DNA from: Felis catus
Lineage: Eukaryota
Reading direction: 5' to 3'
DNA length: 64,000 bases
Assembly: GCF_018350175.1 (NCBI RefSeq)
Contig: NC_058368.1
Location: 90,460,001-90,524,000, forward strand
Under the pieces are notes generated by a model. It worked only from the letters and a program-made list of their open reading frames with translations. It did not search any database and had not been told where the DNA came from. Below are positions 59,976-64,000 of the stretch, piece after piece; within the stretch, counting starts at the first letter, position 1; each line of letters opens with the position of its first letter. The translations under genes were made by a program, and so were the position numbers.

Positions 59976-60097
59976 GACAAACATGAAATTAAATTTGTTG
60001 AGCTGTACACTTAAGTTAGACACTTGGCTATATTTAATTATTAACTTTTACTTCAGTAAAAAAGCAAGTAATTTAAAAAATTAACTGAAGCTCTTAC

Positions 60098-60211
60098 CAA
60101 TCCTCCGGCTTCTCTGCATCTGGATCAGGTACATATTCGGGCTCATCATCTAACCAGCCTTCAGGTTTTGTAGCTTCTTCATCTGCAATCTTAGCAGGGG
60201 CATCTTCATCC
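60098..60211 (-). CDS. CANX: Calnexin coding exon (probably exon 9): P-domain type-1 repeats
   Basis: TTTAAG|G acceptor; [37 protein letters not shown](W); TG|GTAAGA donor; 114 nt, phase 2-2. Confidence 0.96.
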
Positions 60212-60349
60212 CTTAAACACAAAAGAAAAGGCTAGTTATGACAGCACTGACCAGGGAATCATAATTGATCCCACTTGTGAATCTGAAACAGGGCAATCTA
60301 AAATACTGAAGTCTTGCTTAACCTCAAAATTTTAAATAATTCCTTCTAG

Positions 60350-61285
60350 ACAATATCTGTAACTCATTCATCTGATAATGGTCTAGTATTCAAAATACAG
60401 AGAGAGCTCTTACAACTCAGTAATAAAAAGGAGAACCCAATTTAAACAACGGCAAAGGATGTAAATAGACATTTCTCCAAAGATACACAATTGGCCAATA
60501 AGCACATGAAAAGATAATTTAACATCGTTAGCCATCAGAGAAATTCAAATCAAAACCATAATAAAATATCACTTCACATCCACTAGGTTGGCTGTGAGAA
60601 AAATGATGGATAAAAACAAGTGTTGGCAAGGACGTGGAGACACCAGAACTCCCATATGTCACTGGTAGGAAAGTAAATTGGTACACCCACTTTGGAAAAG
60701 TTCGGCCGTTTCTCAAAAAGCTAAACGCATAGTCATCATATGACCCAGCGATTCCACTCCAAGAGAAATGAAAACGTGGAACCACCCAAAAACCTGTATA
60801 TGACTGTTCATAGCAACATTATTCATAACCATTTCCAAAAAACGGAAATAAGCTAAACATCAGTCAACTAAAGAACAGATGAATAAAGTGTGTCGTTATC
60901 CACACAATGGAGTATTCATCAGACAGAACAAGGAACAAAGTACTGACACGTGCTTCAACATGGATGAACCTTGAAAACATTATTATGAAAACATTATGAA
61001 AAAAGCCAGACACAAAGGGTCGCATATTGTATATAGTATGCTATGTCCAGAATAGGTTAATCCAGAGACAGAAAGTAGATTAGTCATTGCCAAGGGGCTG
61101 GTGGAAGGAAGAAACAGGAAGTAACTGCTTAATGGGTATGGGTTTCTTTTAGGATGATACAAATGTTCTGGAATTAGACCGTGGTGGCAGTGGTTGCACA
61201 ATACTGTGAATATACTAAATTGCTGAATTGTACAAATTAAGAGGATGGATTTTAGTATGTGAACTATAATTCAATTACTCTGAAA
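60350..61285 (+). mobile_element. L1M (L1MB/MC-like) ORF2 end and 3' UTR in CANX intron
   Basis: AATAGACATTTCTCCAAAG..., CAAATCAAAACCATAAT, ACATGGATGAACCTTGAAAACATTAT, GAATATACTAAATTGCTGAATTGTACA. Confidence 0.85.
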
Positions 61286-62459
61286 ATAAAAGTTCATCAA
61301 GAAGAACCTAATTTCAAAGTTTTATGCGGTTACTGTATAACAGTGCCACTTCAGCTGATAAAACAAAGACATCTTCTATCCTTGGTCACAATTACAGCTT
61401 CTTTTTTGAATAATGCTTACTTTAAATTAATGGCATGAGAACTTGTATAATATTCAGCTGGCCCTTTTAATTAAGCCAAACATTCACACTCCCACCCCTA
61501 AAATAAAGCAGCTAGGTAGGCGGAGTCCAGACCTAATGTTCACGAATATACAAACTTAGCATTTACACTAGCACAGCATAAAAGTTTAGGTACACATACT
61601 TTAAGGGAGGAAAAACATGAGCTAGAATTTAACTCCTCTTTGTTCACTTCCTGACGTTTCTGAAAGTCACTGCATCCGAGTTCAAACATGGCCACACATA
61701 AGAGTCTAACCCTGCCTGTTTTCACTCTCCATTACTCTCCCGTTTCACACTGCATGAAAAGCTCCACACTATATACTCCAGTTTGCTCACACGTGTCAAG
61801 CTCACTCCTGCTTCCCCACTACTACACACGCTGTTCTTCCTCAACTGGGAATATCATTTCTGATCATCACCACTGGTTGACTCCTACCCCACTTTCAAGT
61901 CTCAGTTTGACCTGCCCTGCTTCAAGAAGCCACCCCTGGATCAGGTAGACCCGGTGCTCTGGTCACCTGCTGACACCTACTGCTAGATCACTTGCCACCT
62001 GCATGCCGACTTCACCTGCCTGTCTCATGGCTGAAACTGGAGCTTTGTGGGCAGCTGGTATCCCCACAGTTTTGTTCCACTGTCCAAAGCAGAGCAGAGC
62101 AGACATGTCTTGAGTGAGATTTAAATGGGAAAAGGTTATTTTTCAAGTTAAAATTTAACATTTCAAGACTTTTAGATGTGAATTAATAGAAGTGCTGGAA
62201 AGGCCAGGCCAGAAGAGGTTCTGCTATAAACCAACCATGTTACCACAGACAAACTCTTTCATCAATTTCAGCATTTTGTGGCTTATGAAATGGTGTCAGG
62301 CAATCTAGACGATCACTATGGCCCCATTGCAGCTACAGTGGTCTACGTTTCTCCTACCATTTAGACAGGATCACAGATTATTGAAATTATGAGATCTTAG
62401 CCAACATTTGGTTGTTTAGGCCACATGGAATGTATGAAATGCTGCACTCCAAGACTCAC

Positions 62460-62649
62460 CAGTCATCCGGTTTGACAGCATCAGGATCTGGTATTTTTGG
62501 TCTTTCATCCCAGTCCTCAGGCTTCTGGTCATCTGGGTCCTCAATTTCACGTGAAGGATTTACAGAAGGAGTCATGTCGTTTAGCAAATTTCCACTATTG
62601 ACAACAGATTGGTCCACTAGTATTTCAAAACTATTATCTGGATTCAGGA
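62460..62649 (-). CDS. CANX: Calnexin coding exon (probably exon 8): end of lectin segment and start of P domain
   Basis: TTTTTTCAG|TC acceptor; [62 protein letters not shown](W); TG|GTGAGT donor; 190 nt, phase 1-2. Confidence 0.96.
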
Positions 62650-64000
62650 CTGAAAAAATTAAATGCAATTTTAAAAAGTTAATTAACCACTCATTCCCCA
62701 AGCTCTCTTTACACAACAGAAGATCATATTTCTAACAGAAAACAGAAGCACAGAGTAATGACCTCAGGGCATTAGAGTAAGAACATGGTCTTGAAACTTT
62801 AAGCAAATTAACCCACTCTTCCTTAACTATAATTCATAAACACTAGTTCCTCAGAATTTTAAAATTAAAACATAATGATACATAAAATTTAAAACACCAA
62901 AAGACTTCAATTATGGACATTAAAAACAGCAAAACACCAAAGGTATATAAACTGATGCAATGATGATCCGATACAAATGGTTACACACCAGTCAACAGGC
63001 AAATAAGTTTATTTATTATAACCATCCCCCCAAGTGGAAAAAGCCCTCTTCCTCATTTTTTGAATTGGTACTACCGCCATCTATGTTACTAAAATTTCAA
63101 AGTACACAAGTTTTTTATTTTATGCATAGAACCACATGTCCATTTATGGTTGTACTTTTGGAGCCCAGTAGAATTTTAAATCCATAAAGGTATCTCAAAG
63201 GAGACTTCCTCTAAAGCCCAGATCCTACACCTAAATCTCTCCCAGGCAGCATATCCAGAATACTATGGAAATCAAGCAGCAACCACTCCGCTGTCCTCAG
63301 TAATGACCAAGACCAGCAATGTCAGCAGTAGTATGTACTCACGGAGAGCTGCTGCTGCTTTTGTGAAGTTAAGAGAACAAGTGAAATATAGCACCTTCAA
63401 TTTTTAATAAAAAAAAATGACACGTGTTTATACACATACAGCCAAACATATGTTACAATGTTGATATTTCAAATAATTTTAAACATCTTTTGTTTTGCTT
63501 ATTTCCAGCTTTTGAATTCCACACTGAGTATGTATTACTTTTGTTACAAATAAAAAAAGTTACTATATTCTTTAAGAAAAGAGGCATGTCTATATACGCT
63601 CAAACCATCAGGAAAAACTTCATTAAAACAAAAGATGCAGTCCAAACGATTAAATTCAACTGTCTAGGTGTTGGAGCATCCAAAGTTCAACTGACAGATA
63701 ATTTGAAAAAAAAAGTACATATATTTCTACTGTGTCCTATCATTTAACATGTTATCAACAAGAAAATAATGACAAGAAAACGAGGGGAATCAGCAAAGCT
63801 CTTTATGGAACACGAAAGATCACTCTGAAAATGTCTCAAACCCCACTTCTCAATTCAACCTACGGGAGGAGAAACCTTTTTTTTTTAGTGATGAGAGGTT
63901 AAGTTCTTTACACCACTACGATATTAAGTCAACAGAAACTCTTACTTGCAGGCTTGGGTCTCCTCCAGGTGTACAACCTTTAAATTAAAAAGATGATAAA

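Noticed and set aside
59236..59985. CRISPR-like repeat-spacer appearance (16-bp repeat x4 with ~220-260-bp spacers)
   Set aside because: Spacers are SINEs and repeats are target-site duplications; mammalian DNA with no cas genes

Overview
Mammalian genomic DNA, almost certainly felid: it carries dozens of tRNA-derived Can-SINEs, including near-identical young felid-type copies. Two protein-coding genes lie in tandem on the minus strand. The first is the 3' half of CANX (calnexin; 8 coding exons, 62649->53042, plus a long 3' UTR). The second is the complete MAML1 gene (mastermind-like 1, Notch co-activator; 5 coding exons, 48835->8107, 3084 nt = 1027 aa + stop), with a CpG-island promoter only ~1-1.7 kb beyond the distal CANX poly(A) signals. 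All exon boundaries were read from GT/AG sites and the reading frames close exactly. The rest is a fossil record of mobile DNA: ~50 Can-SINEs (some nested or serially inserted in one target), L1/L2/MIR fragments, an MLT2-type solo LTR, a decayed ERV-L interior (gag-pro-IN-dUTPase) at ~1.5-5.0 kb and a decayed hAT/Charlie transposase at ~39.5-42.4 kb. I see no convincing new multi-gene system. The best leads are regulatory hypotheses: strong-context uORFs in the MAML1 leader, a frame-compatible CANX->MAML1 read-through, a frame-closed circularisable MAML1 exon 2, a candidate poison micro-exon in CANX, an orphan CpG-rich first-exon candidate at ~0.5-0.9 kb, and a triple SINE insertion at one target site. 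Repeat family names, CANX exon numbers and comparisons with human are from recall, not database searches. Repeat boundaries are approximate.
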